From Candidatus Versatilivorator sp. (lineage in GTDB: Bacteria > Acidobacteriota > Terriglobia > Versatilivoradales > Versatilivoraceae), in assembly GCA_965207735.1 (NCBI GenBank), contig OZ242296.1:32001-96000 (forward strand): a DNA stretch of 64,000 bases, written 5' to 3'. Under the pieces are notes generated by a model. It was not told the origin of the DNA. It ran no database searches and saw only the letters and a list, made by a program, of their open reading frames with translations. The translations under genes were made by a program, and so were the position numbers. Positions within the stretch are counted from its first letter, which is position 1; each line of letters opens with the position of its first letter. Of the stretch, positions 21,813 to 31,393 are shown in pieces.

Positions 21813-22559
21813 TCAATAAGTCACCGGTGTGATTGATCCCAACACCAGAAAGAACTCCCGGTTTCCCTCGGCCCCCAGGATCGGGGAGGGAACCGTTCCC
21901 AGGAGTCGATACCCCAGATCCCTGGCGCAAGTGCTGACCATGTCGACGGCCAGGCGGTGCTTTCGAGGGTCCCTGACAATCCCCCCCTTTTCGACCTCAC
22001 CCTTGCCCAGTTCAAACTGCGGCTTGACCAGACAGAGGATCCGGGTCGCGGGCGTTTGGAAGACATCGAGCACTGGCAGAACCAGGCAGAGCGAGATGAA
22101 GGCCAAGTCCAAAGTAATCAGGTCAACGGTCTCGCCTATGTCTTCAAATTTCAGGTAGCGGGCGTTGAGTCCCTCCAGGCAGCGGACCCGGCCATCTTTT
22201 CTCAACTTCCAGTCCAGCTGATTGTGTCCGACGTCAACCGCATGGATCTTGCAAGCCCCCTGCCGGAGCAAGCAATCGGTAAACCCACCGGTGGAGGCCC
22301 CGATATCCAGGCAGACCTTTCCCTCGACCTGGATCGAAAAGTGCCGCAAAGCGTGCTCCAGCTTGTGCCCTCCGCGGGACACGTAGACCCTGGCCTCGGA
22401 TTTGAGGCGAAGCCTGGATTTCTGATCCACCCTGGCCCCGGGCTTGTCGATCCGTTGCTCGTCAGCCAACACGGAGCCTGCCAGGATCAGGGCCTGGGCT
22501 TGGTGACGGCTTTGGGCCAAGCCGCGGGTCAGCAGCAGCTTGTCGATCCGTTCCTTCAT
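21813..22559 (-). CDS. tlyA: TlyA-family rRNA methyltransferase
   Basis: S4 domain; YVSRGGHKL, DIGASTGGFTD and LVKPQFE. Confidence 0.95.
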   Translation of the reverse strand: MKERIDKLLLTRGLAQSRHQAQALILAGSVLADEQRIDKPGARVDQKSRLRLKSEARVYVSRGGHKLEHALRHFSIQVEGKVCLDIGASTGGFTDCLLRQGACKIHAVDVGHNQLDWKLRKDGRVRCLEGLNARYLKFEDIGETVDLITLDLAFISLCLVLPVLDVFQTPATRILCLVKPQFELGKGEVEKGGIVRDPRKHRLAVDMVSTCARDLGYRLLGTVPSPILGAEGNREFFLVLGSITPVTY

Positions 22560-22569
22560 CTTGGGCTAG

Positions 22570-23681
22570 CCCGCATTTCTCACCAGGGGGCATGATCATG
22601 GCGCAGGATTTTTCCCTTCAGCGCGTGCTCGCGACCGAAGAGCGTAGCGGTCACTACGCGCGAGGGAGCATGTGCGCGCTGAAGGGAAAAAGACAAGCCA
22701 GGGCATGCCCAGCGCCGTCTGTTGCCCGCAAGCCCTTACCATGGAGCCAATCAAAGTACTGAAGATGAACTACTTTTCGTCATGGCACCAGCGACCTGGG
22801 TAGAGTCGAGGACTGGCGCGTTGACTATAGGGTCCGGTGGCTATTCCGTCGCTTTCGCTTCGGGCCTCAGTCCGGCTCCCTTATCACGTTTCCAGTCCCC
22901 GCTCTCCGAACCGGACGTGCGGTTTTCCCGCATCTCGGCTCTCCAGTGGGATCATGCGTCTCGCACACAGGTCCCCGCTCGCATCCGTGGACGACTCCTA
23001 TGGGATTGGCACCCGTCCCCCACTCCATCCACTTCCGCTCCCGGGTTGCCGCCAGGCCTGTTGATGCCCTGACGACGCCGTCCTCCTCCGACGACCCTTT
23101 CACTTTTGCATGTGATGCTTCCGGAGTCTCCGGCCCTTTTTTGGTCGGGGTTTCAGGCTTTCGCCACTCCCGGGACCCTTCCCCCTTCGGTCACCGCTCC
23201 TCACCTGAGGCCCCTTCCCTCCACCGGTATTACCCGGCTTCTCCGGTACTACAGGCCTCTCCGCCACCCTGTCGGCCTAGACTGACTCTCGCGAGCTTCC
23301 GGTTCGGTGCGTGCCTCACCACCCACAGGGCTTCCCATGTTGCTGCCTTCTTCCCCTTCCATGCGTGCCAGCGCCACTACCCCGGCGGGTCCAAAGGGGT
23401 GCCCGCGTCGCTCGCTTCCCCCTCCGTCTTCGGCCTTCCCCATTTCTCAGGTGGGTCGGCCCCCGCATTGCCCGTTTCGAGGCCTGCTCGACGTTCACTC
23501 GCGTTCCGGCCCGCATGCTCGCTGAACCGCCTTAAGCGGCCCTTTGACACCAGAGGGCTTCAGACCATATCGTTACCTCCATGATCCGCCCTGGCTGCTA
23601 CCAACCGGAGCGACAGTTGTTGGACGGGTTTCGCACCCGTTGGAAGAAGGCGCCTTTCCATGGCGCACTGAGAAATGCGGG
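22570..23681. mobile_element. IS1380-TIR MITE (243 bp without the intron); right TIR interrupted by a group II intron
   Basis: CTAG|CCCGCATTTCTCACCAG...CTGG[intron]TGAGAAATGCGGG|CTAG; CTAG duplicated at 22566-22569 and 23682-23685. Confidence 0.9.
22800..23668 (-). ncRNA. ORF-less group II intron, copy 1 (869 nt)
   Basis: 5' GTGCG and 3' CTCGACTCTAC; domain V and domain III motifs; reverse complement of 40930-41798. Confidence 0.92.
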
Positions 23682-23918
23682 CTAGTCCTGCTTCTCGCCG
23701 GAGAAGGGTTCCCGCTCCAGGCCCCCTTCGCTCTTGCGGACCAGGATTTCGACCTTGCGTTCGGCTTCGTCAAGCTTCTCCTGGCAGAAATTCTGTAGCT
23801 TCACGCCCTCCTCGTACATCTCCAGGAGGGATGCCAGCGGCAGTTCTCCGCTCTCGAGGATCTTGACGATTTCCTCAAGCCGTTTCATGGCTGATTCAAA
23901 GTTTTTGTATTTTGTCAT
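23682..23918 (-). CDS. xseB: Exodeoxyribonuclease VII small subunit
   Basis: FESAMKRLEEIV..LESGELPL; coupled to xseA. Confidence 0.95.
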   Translation of the reverse strand: MTKYKNFESAMKRLEEIVKILESGELPLASLLEMYEEGVKLQNFCQEKLDEAERKVEILVRKSEGGLEREPFSGEKQD

Positions 23919-25297
23919 GGCTCGTCCTGCTCGGCCGTCTTGCCGACGTTCCGGGAGGTCTCGATGCGCTCGGCCCGTGCTTCGATATTCCCTTTGGAAA
24001 GAGTAACGGAGAACGGATCTCCGGCTTGCAGCCGGGCCGCCTCTCTGAGGATGGTCCCGTCGGCGTCCCGGCAGATGGAATAACCCCGGCTCAGCACGGC
24101 CGCCGGGCTCAGGCTACCTAGCGTCCCGGCTTGCGCCGAGAGTCGGGCCCGAAGAGCCTGGAGGGCGAAGCGGATTTGGGCGCCGGCCCGCTCCGAGGAC
24201 AGGTTCAGGGCTTTCCGTCTTTGGTCCACCAGGTGGTGCAAATTGACGCGTTCCAGACGTTCGGCCGTCAGGCGCCAGGTGTCCCTACGAGCTCCCAGGG
24301 TGTTCCGAGGCCACCCGCTGAGACGGAAGCCTATCTCGTCCAACCACTGGCGCTGCGAACGTATGCGGCCTTGCGCCGACTCGAAGGCGCGGTTGGCCGA
24401 CAACTCCAGCACCCGGTTGCGCAATCGACTGAGGCGGAGCTGCAAGGTGCGTTGCAGCCGACCCTCCAAATGGCTCAACCGGGTGGTCAATTCTTCACGG
24501 GTGGCGGTCACCATTTCGGCCGCGCTGGTCGGAGTCGAGGCTCGAAGGTCGGCAACGAAATCGGAAATCGTAAAGTCGACCTGGTGACCCACCGCAGAGA
24601 TTACGGGAACCCGGGAGGCGGAGATGGCCCTGGCGACCGGCTCCTGGTTGAAGGCCCACAGGTCTTCAATCGATCCTCCGCCGCGCCCGACAATGATGAG
24701 GTCTACGTCGGGAATGTCGTTGAGTGTCCGGATGCCGGCGGCAATTTCCTCTGCGGCTCCCTCGCCCTGGACCTTGGCCGGAAACAGAAGCGCAGGGATC
24801 GGCTGGCGGCTGCGGCTCAAGGTTCGCAGGATGTCATGAATCGCCGCTCCGGTCGGTGAGGTCACGATCCCGACGGTTCGGGGGATCAGGGGCAGGGGTC
24901 TCTTGCGGGCTTCGTCAAACAGGCCCTCGGCCTCGAGCTTGGCTTTCAGTCGGTCGAAAGCGATCTGCAGGGCGCCGGTCCCTCTGGGTTCGATGGATTC
25001 GGCATAGAGGGAATACTCGCCGCGGAGCTCATAGACCCCCAGGCTTCCTCGCACCAGAACCTGGTTGCCGTCTTCGAATCGATGGCGAAGCTGTCGGGCC
25101 TTGCTGCGGAAGCACACGCATTTCAACTGGGATCGAGCGTCTTTCAGTGCGAAGTAGATATGTCCGGCGTTGGAGATCGTCCAGTTGGAGATCTCCCCCT
25201 CCACCAGCACACCCTGGAATTCTCCCTCCAGGAGAGATTTCACCTCGACTGTGATTTCCCAGACCTCGTAGATTCGTTGAGACGGAAAGGGATGCAT
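23915..25297 (-). CDS. xseA: Exodeoxyribonuclease VII large subunit
   Basis: VEGEISN, GHIYFALKD and RGGGSIEDLWAFN. Confidence 0.96.
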   Translation of the reverse strand: MHPFPSQRIYEVWEITVEVKSLLEGEFQGVLVEGEISNWTISNAGHIYFALKDARSQLKCVCFRSKARQLRHRFEDGNQVLVRGSLGVYELRGEYSLYAESIEPRGTGALQIAFDRLKAKLEAEGLFDEARKRPLPLIPRTVGIVTSPTGAAIHDILRTLSRSRQPIPALLFPAKVQGEGAAEEIAAGIRTLNDIPDVDLIIVGRGGGSIEDLWAFNQEPVARAISASRVPVISAVGHQVDFTISDFVADLRASTPTSAAEMVTATREELTTRLSHLEGRLQRTLQLRLSRLRNRVLELSANRAFESAQGRIRSQRQWLDEIGFRLSGWPRNTLGARRDTWRLTAERLERVNLHHLVDQRRKALNLSSERAGAQIRFALQALRARLSAQAGTLGSLSPAAVLSRGYSICRDADGTILREAARLQAGDPFSVTLSKGNIEARAERIETSRNVGKTAEQDEP

Positions 25298-25336
25298 GCG
25301 TTCTGGGGCCTCCAGGGCAGGCGGGGAAACCGGGAG

Positions 25337-25549
25337 CTACCGCCGGAAGAAGAATGACAGGACCAGGGTCAGGAGAATGCTGAGCACGATGGAGGTGGTC
25401 ACAGGGAGATGGAAGGTCAAGTTGTCTCGCTTGAAGATCAGGTCTCCCGGAAGCCGGCCCAATCTGAAGAACGACAAATGGCCGGCAAAATTCAAGATCA
25501 GGCCCACTGCAAGGATAACCAGTCCCAGGACAATGAAGACCTTGGCCAT
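25337..25549 (-). CDS. DUF2905-family small membrane protein
   Basis: LGRLPGD...FHLPVTTSIVLS motif. Confidence 0.85.
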   Translation of the reverse strand: MAKVFIVLGLVILAVGLILNFAGHLSFFRLGRLPGDLIFKRDNLTFHLPVTTSIVLSILLTLVLSFFFRR

Positions 25550-25567
25550 ATGAGCCGTCCTGCACGC

Positions 25568-25990
25568 CTAATCCGGCAACTCGGAGTCGCTGAAGAAGTA
25601 GTGGATCTCTTTCCGGGCACTCTCGCGGCTGTCGGAGCCGTGGACGACGTTCTTTTCGATGGAAGTGGCATAGAGTCTGCGCAGGGTTCCTTCCGCGGCC
25701 TGTTTGGGGTCCGTGGCGCCCATCAGTTCCCGCAGGCGGGCCACCACGTCGGGCGCTTCCAGCACCACCACTACCACGGTCCCTGAGCTCATGTAGCGGA
25801 CCAGGTCCGGAAAGAAGCTTCGTTCCCGGTGAACAGCGTAGAAACCCGCGGCTTGCTGTGGACTCAAGTGCAGCATTTTGAGGGCTTTGATTTGGAATTC
25901 CTTCTCCTCGAACCGTTTCAGGATATCCCCGACGTTGCCTTGGGCCACGCCGTCCGGTTTGATGATTGACAGAGTGCGTTGCGGACTCAA
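25568..25990 (-). CDS. ndk: Nucleoside diphosphate kinase
   Basis: RTLSIIKPDGV and NVVHGSDS. Confidence 0.96.
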   Translation of the reverse strand: MSPQRTLSIIKPDGVAQGNVGDILKRFEEKEFQIKALKMLHLSPQQAAGFYAVHRERSFFPDLVRYMSSGTVVVVVLEAPDVVARLRELMGATDPKQAAEGTLRRLYATSIEKNVVHGSDSRESARKEIHYFFSDSELPD

Positions 25991-26095
25991 CGGAAAGCCT
26001 CCATAAGCGATGAAAGAATTGCGGCCCCTTCCGCTTCGGCCGCTGCAAAGGCGTGGGTGGACCGTGCCGGAGGCAGGGTTGACTGCTCAAGACGA

Positions 26096-26968
26096 CTACC
26101 CCGGCAGAATCCGGGCGGTCGTTTCGCCGATGTCGGCAGGACTCCGGGCCACCTGGAGTCCGCATTCCTCCATCAGGCGGATCTTCTCCTCCGCTGTGCC
26201 CTGGCCCCCACTGATGATGGCCCCCGCATGTCCCATGCGCCTTCCGGGAGGAGCCGTCTGACCCGCGATGAAGCCCACCACCGGCTTAGAAAGATGGGAA
26301 CGGACGTAACGCGCGGCTGCTTCCTCGGCGGTGCCTCCGATCTCTCCGATCAGGACGATGGCTTCCGTCCCTGGATCCTCCTTGAAGAGGCGGAGGGCGT
26401 CCACGAAGGAGGTGCCGATGATCGGATCTCCCCCGATGCCGATACAGGTCGATTGACCGATGCCTCGGGAACTCAACTGCTGCACGGCTTCGTAGGTCAG
26501 GGTTCCGCTTCGGGAGATAACCCCGACCGGACCTTCCCGATGGATGGCCCCCGGCATGATCCCGATCTTGCATTTGCCAGGCGAAATGATTCCCGGGCAG
26601 TTGGGTCCGATCAGTCGACTTTTCTTTCCCGCCATGAACTGCCGGACCCTGATCATGTCGAGGGTAGGGATCCCTTCGGTGATGCACACCACCAGGTCGA
26701 CCCCGGCATCCACCGCCTCCATGATGGCATCGGCCGCCACGGCCGGCGGGACGAAGATCACCGAGGCATTGCCGCCGGTCTCCCGGCAGGCCTGCTCCAT
26801 GCCGTTGAAAACGGGAATCCCTTCATGAACGGTTCCGCCCTTGCCGGGGGTGACCCCGGCAACGACACGGGTCCCGTACCGGACGCACTGGAGGGTATGG
26901 AAGGTGCCTTCGCGCCCGGTGAGCCCCTGCACGATCAGTCTTGTGTCTTGGTCGACCAGGATGCTCAC
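26096..26968 (-). CDS. sucD: Succinyl-CoA synthetase alpha
   Basis: GTG start overlaps the sucC stop; GPNCPG and RMGHAGA. Confidence 0.96.
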   Translation of the reverse strand: MSILVDQDTRLIVQGLTGREGTFHTLQCVRYGTRVVAGVTPGKGGTVHEGIPVFNGMEQACRETGGNASVIFVPPAVAADAIMEAVDAGVDLVVCITEGIPTLDMIRVRQFMAGKKSRLIGPNCPGIISPGKCKIGIMPGAIHREGPVGVISRSGTLTYEAVQQLSSRGIGQSTCIGIGGDPIIGTSFVDALRLFKEDPGTEAIVLIGEIGGTAEEAAARYVRSHLSKPVVGFIAGQTAPPGRRMGHAGAIISGGQGTAEEKIRLMEECGLQVARSPADIGETTARILPG

Positions 26969-28134
26969 GCCATTGACCTCGATGCCAGTCGAACCACCTT
27001 CTCGGCCGCATCCTGCATTCCCGAGGCCACCGTCAGGCTGAGTCCGGACGCCTTGAGGATTTCCCGGCCCCGTTCCAGGTTGGTGCCTTCCAGCCGCACC
27101 ACGATGGGAACCTCCAACTGCATGGATTTGGCGGCTTCGACCACGCCCTGGGCCACGATGTCGCACCGCATGATGCCGCCGAAGATATTGATCAGAACGG
27201 CCTTGACGTTGGCATCCGAGAGAATGATGCCGAAGGCGTTCCGGACCTGTTCGGCAGTAGCCCCACCACCGACATCCAGGAAGTTGGCGGGAGATCCCCC
27301 GGCCAACTTGATGATGTCCATGGTGGCCATGGCCAGCCCGGCCCCATTGACCATGCAGCCCACGTTGCCATCCAACTTGATGTAGTTCAGCCCATGCTTG
27401 CCGGCTTCAATTTCCGAGGGGTCTTCTTCGTCGGTGTCGCGCAGGTCCCGGACATGGGGATGCCGGTAGAGCGCATTGTCGTCGAAGTTGATCTTGGCAT
27501 CCAGGGCATAAAGGCGGCCGTCTTCGGTCAGGAGCAGGGGATTGACCTCGGCCAGCGAGGCGTCGGTGTCCTCGAATGCCTGGTGCAGAGCGAGCATGAA
27601 CCGGACGGCATCGGGGACCAGCCTGGCTGGGAGGCTCAGCCCAAACGCCAGCTTTCGGGCTTGAAAGGGGGTCAGCCCCAGCCCCGGCTCCACGGGTTCC
27701 TTGAGGATCAGCTCGGGCGTTTCAGCCGCCACCTTTTCAATTTCGACTCCACCTTCCCGGCTCGCCATGACGACCACTTTGCCGGCATCCCGGTCGATGG
27801 CGATCCCGAGGTAGTACTCCCGTTGGATCTTGAGGCCCTCCTCGACCAGAACCCGGGTTACGGTCTGCCCCTCCGGTCCGGTCTGATGAGTGACCAGTTG
27901 CATTCCCAATATCGCATCGGCGACCTCTTGGGCCTCCGCGGGAGAACGGGCCAGGCGCACCCCTCCTCCTTTTCCACGTCCACCGGCGTGGATCTGAGCC
28001 TTGACCACCACCAGCCCGCCCAGCTCATTGGCGATTTCCCGGGCTTTCTCCTTGGTGTCGGCCACCTTGCCCCGGGGCACGGGAACTCCATGGGCGCCAA
28101 GGATCGCCTTGGCCTGGAACTCGTGAATCTTCAT
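26965..28134 (-). CDS. sucC: Succinyl-CoA synthetase beta
   Basis: [18 protein letters not shown] and [11 protein letters not shown]. Confidence 0.97.
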   Translation of the reverse strand: MKIHEFQAKAILGAHGVPVPRGKVADTKEKAREIANELGGLVVVKAQIHAGGRGKGGGVRLARSPAEAQEVADAILGMQLVTHQTGPEGQTVTRVLVEEGLKIQREYYLGIAIDRDAGKVVVMASREGGVEIEKVAAETPELILKEPVEPGLGLTPFQARKLAFGLSLPARLVPDAVRFMLALHQAFEDTDASLAEVNPLLLTEDGRLYALDAKINFDDNALYRHPHVRDLRDTDEEDPSEIEAGKHGLNYIKLDGNVGCMVNGAGLAMATMDIIKLAGGSPANFLDVGGGATAEQVRNAFGIILSDANVKAVLINIFGGIMRCDIVAQGVVEAAKSMQLEVPIVVRLEGTNLERGREILKASGLSLTVASGMQDAAEKVVRLASRSMA

Positions 28135-28313
28135 GGTGGAACGTCCTGGGACCGGTGTCGGACGGGATTGCGGAGCCGCCCTCGGAAGCGCCCAAGTATA
28201 TCGGAAGAGGCGGCCATTTCAAACAAGTCCGGTCCCATGCGATTTCCACCGGTAGGGAGGCGGGGCTGCAACATCGCAGGGAAACTGAGCGGCAACCCAA
28301 GGGACAGGACTAG

Positions 28314-30011
28314 CCCGCATTTCTCACCAGAGTTCGCACAGGAGCGGTAAAAGGGGCCATGGAGGCATTTGAGGCCGAGTTTAACAACGTTGGTGGCTGG
28401 ATCGGTAGGCAAAGGCCAACAGCGGAGGCTTCTGAGGCTCTCCGAGGAACCTCAGGCGGCATTTTCCCTCGAAAACAGCGACACCTCTGCCATCGGGCCT
28501 GGTGGCCGCGTCTTCAAGGGCCAGGAGTGACGGTCGGGTCAGGGCACCTCAGGGCGGCAGGTGAGCCCAAGCGATGCGGAACTCCCTCTGGTAAGGACAT
28601 CCGGAAGCCATGGCGACCTTGATGCGACGGACCGAGATGGTGACCTGAGCGCCGATCTTGAGCAGTTTGAGTCTGATGGAACCGACGGTGGCCCGGGCCA
28701 GGCAGGTGGATTGCAGCGCCCGCCGGCGCAAGCCCTCCACCAGCACATAGGCGAAAGAGGTCATCAGGAGCCGGAGCTGATTCGCCCGGAAGGAGTGGGT
28801 GGAGGTGCGATCGGCAAACAGGTCGAGTTGCTGCTCCTTGATGCGGTTTTCCATCTCACCGCGGGCACAGTAGATCTTCTCATAGAGGAACTGGGCGGGG
28901 TAGTCCTGGACCGACAGAGAGGTGACGACGAAGCGGGGGTTGGGGCCGCGGGGCAGGACCTCGGCTTTGGCGACCAGGCGGCGCTCGTGGGACCAGCTCT
29001 TGTGAGTGCGGTAGGAGAGGTCGGTGAAGATCCGGGCGGGCTGCTGTTGCTGGTCTGAGAGGGCCTGGGCCTGAGCCAACTCGGGGGCGATGGCGTCTTG
29101 GAGGCGGGAGTTGCGGGCCAGGCCGAAGAGATAGTCGACCTGATGCTGCTCACACCACCCCATCAGCTCCTCACGGGCAAAGCCGGAGTCGGCCCGCAGC
29201 AGGATCTTGACCTGAGGCCAGACACGCCGTAGGCGGGAGACGATGCGCTGGACCTGCTCCAGAGCGCCGGCGGAGGCATCGATGTTGGCGGGTCTGAGCA
29301 GGGCCGAGAGCAGATGGCGGCCCGAGAAGATGTAGAGGGGCAGGTAGCAGTAGCCTCGGTAGTAGCCGTGGAAGAAGCGGTCCTCTTGTTCCCCGTGGAG
29401 GGGATCGTCAGTGGCGTCGAGGTCGAGGATGATCTCATCGGGGGGTTGGGGATGGGCTTGCAGAAACAGTTTCACCAGGAGGGCTTGCAAGGCCTCGGGG
29501 TCGTGGTCAATCTTGTGGTAGCGGGTGGGGCCTTGGGTGGGGGCGTGTTCGAGTCGGTTGAGGGTGCTCTTGCCTGCCAGGGGAGGCGAGTCGCCACGAC
29601 GGCCTTTCTCTGAAAACAAGGCCATGAGGGGATCGTGACGGAGTTGGTCGTGGTCGATGAGATCCTCGTAGCCGAGGGCGATGCCACGGATGCGCTGAGC
29701 GATGAGGGTGCGCAGGCTGTATTGGGTCCGCTTGGGGTCGCGGTGATCGGTGAAACAGTCGGCCACCTGGTCGGAGAGAGATAAGCCCCGATCCACCCGG
29801 CGCAACAGCAGGGAGCCGGCATCGGAAGTGATGGGACCGCCGTCGAAATCAGCCACCACGCGGCGGCGGCCGTGGGGTTCAAACTCCAGGGGTTTGGTGT
29901 TACACTGTGTCGGCATCGGTTCTCCTTTAAGAATCTGGTTAACTCCTTAGACAAGAGTATTTTACCAGATTCCGAGAACCGATGCTTCCTACCTCTGGTG
30001 AGAAATGCGGG
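28314..30011 (-). mobile_element. IS1380-family insertion sequence (1698 bp), apparently intact
   Basis: Perfect 19-bp TIRs CCCGCATTTCTCACCAGAG; CTAG on both sides (28310-28313, 30012-30015); single transposase ORF. Confidence 0.93.
28549..29916 (-). CDS. IS1380-family DDE transposase
   Basis: FDGGPITSDAG, LDLDATDDPLHGEQE, RADSGF and YCARGEMENRIKE. Confidence 0.95.
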   Translation of the reverse strand: MPTQCNTKPLEFEPHGRRRVVADFDGGPITSDAGSLLLRRVDRGLSLSDQVADCFTDHRDPKRTQYSLRTLIAQRIRGIALGYEDLIDHDQLRHDPLMALFSEKGRRGDSPPLAGKSTLNRLEHAPTQGPTRYHKIDHDPEALQALLVKLFLQAHPQPPDEIILDLDATDDPLHGEQEDRFFHGYYRGYCYLPLYIFSGRHLLSALLRPANIDASAGALEQVQRIVSRLRRVWPQVKILLRADSGFAREELMGWCEQHQVDYLFGLARNSRLQDAIAPELAQAQALSDQQQQPARIFTDLSYRTHKSWSHERRLVAKAEVLPRGPNPRFVVTSLSVQDYPAQFLYEKIYCARGEMENRIKEQQLDLFADRTSTHSFRANQLRLLMTSFAYVLVEGLRRRALQSTCLARATVGSIRLKLLKIGAQVTISVRRIKVAMASGCPYQREFRIAWAHLPP

Positions 30012-30112
30012 CTAGTAGGACCAGAGGCCGCTGCACGGGACGCTGACGGGGAATCGGGGCGTTGGGCAAAGCCAAGGCCCGCCAGGGGGAAGGTCAATCG
30101 AGAAGGACTATA

Positions 30113-30262
30113 AATTGAACATGGATGTACAGGATGCACAGGATAATTAGAACCGGAGGTCGCTGCACGAAACGCTGACTCCGGCGATGATCGCGTGCGG
30201 ATTTGCGGTTGTCCAGGAATGCAAGCCAGCCGTCTCCGGAATAAATCCTGTGCATCCATGTG
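30113..30262 (+). mobile_element. Relic of a repeat-flanked GxxExxY-like element (N-terminal part)
   Basis: Inverted ends ACATGGATGTACAGGAT / ATCCTGTGCATCCATGT; encodes LHETLTPAMIACGFAVVQE. Confidence 0.55.
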
Positions 30263-30333
30263 AATTAAAAATCTACCCGTGCTTGACTTTGAGCCGGTTG
30301 CCCGCCCCCCACGACGGGGCGGATCATACGAGA

Positions 30334-30671
30334 GAGCGTTTTGCAATATCGGCAGTGGGGCAGGTCATTTTGCCGGCAAACGTGATGTTCTGCCTTTTCC
30401 AATATCGAGTGCGACTTGGTGAAAAATGGGAGTCCACCACAAAAAGCACATGAGTCACAAAACGAATTTGTTGATCGCGAGTCTTGACGATCCGGAGTTG
30501 ATCCCCATGGCGTCGCGTTGACCGGATGTAGGCAGATAGCACGGAACTTGTGCGACATGTTCGGGAGTCAACGCCTTGCAGGCTTTCAGTGTTCTGCTCT
30601 TTTTTGTGTTTTTTGTGCCTTTTGTGGCCATTCCCGGCAAAGGTCCCGCTGCTGAATCTTGCAAAAGGCTC
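30334..30671 (-). mobile_element. MITE-like element carrying a GxxExxY-like C-terminal relic
   Basis: Imperfect outer IR GAGCGTTTTGCAATATCGGCAGTGGG / CCCGCTGCTGAATCTTGCAAAAGGCTC; inner CACAAAA repeats; LKACKALTPEHVAQV..YL..SG..IN.G. Confidence 0.55.
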
Positions 30672-30697
30672 GAGAGCAAAACAATCGGAAATCGACC

Positions 30698-30820
30698 ATC
30701 CCGTTGCGACCTTGGTACCCCGTCGCGGTTAACCTCGGCGCCTTAGTGGCCCTTCGTCGTTCTTCGTGCCCCTTCGTGGATACGTTTTTTCTTTTGTCTT
30801 TTTTCGGTTGTTTCAGACAA
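30698..30820 (-). repeat. Copy of the 113-236 repeat
   Basis: Direct reverse-complement match by eye. Confidence 0.8.
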
Positions 30821-30854
30821 GACAAGGGTGATCCGCAACCAACTGGATTCGGGG

Positions 30855-31295
30855 TTAGTTGACCCTCGAGTTGGGGGTCGGGGGATTCTGGCTGGAGGTG
30901 GGGGGCTTCAGAACGTTCAGCGGAAGCTCCTTCACCATGAAGCCGTCGAGGTAGACCTGCAGAATATGGATTCCGTATTCCGAGAAGCCCAGGTTGTTGA
31001 AGAGGGTCACGTTGTCGGCGAAGCTCCGTGGATCCAGGGAGAATCTGGATGGGCTGGTCTTCATGAGGGCCTTGCCGCGGCCGGGGGACAGCATTTGAAT
31101 CTGGGTCTCGTGCCTCCCCTGGCCCACCCAGTGATTCAGCAGGGCGAAGCGGAGCACCGTGGAAGGTAGCGAAGGCAGGTAGATGTCCTGAAAGATCCCC
31201 ATGATGCTGAGCTTGTTTCCAGCTTCCAGGCGGACGTCGTCGCAGAGGAGCGAATAGGAAAGGTGTACGTGACCGGTTGATGTCGGGGTATTCAT
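30855..31295 (-). CDS. Hypothetical protein (DUF6941-like)
   Basis: LLCDDVRLEAGNKLSIMGIF motif; follows mpl. Confidence 0.65.
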   Translation of the reverse strand: MNTPTSTGHVHLSYSLLCDDVRLEAGNKLSIMGIFQDIYLPSLPSTVLRFALLNHWVGQGRHETQIQMLSPGRGKALMKTSPSRFSLDPRSFADNVTLFNNLGFSEYGIHILQVYLDGFMVKELPLNVLKPPTSSQNPPTPNSRVN

Positions 31296-31393
31296 GGCGG
31301 GAGAGTCGCTGTCCTGGATCAGGAAAGAGTCAAGGTCAATGGTCGAGATCGGTGAATGGGGGAAATGGCCCCAAGGCCGGCTACTCCCGCAGC

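Noticed and set aside
22837-23584. ORFs of 64-273 aa within the intron copies (also 41014-41835)
   Set aside because: No RT (YADD) or maturase motifs; they are chance frames in structured GC-rich RNA
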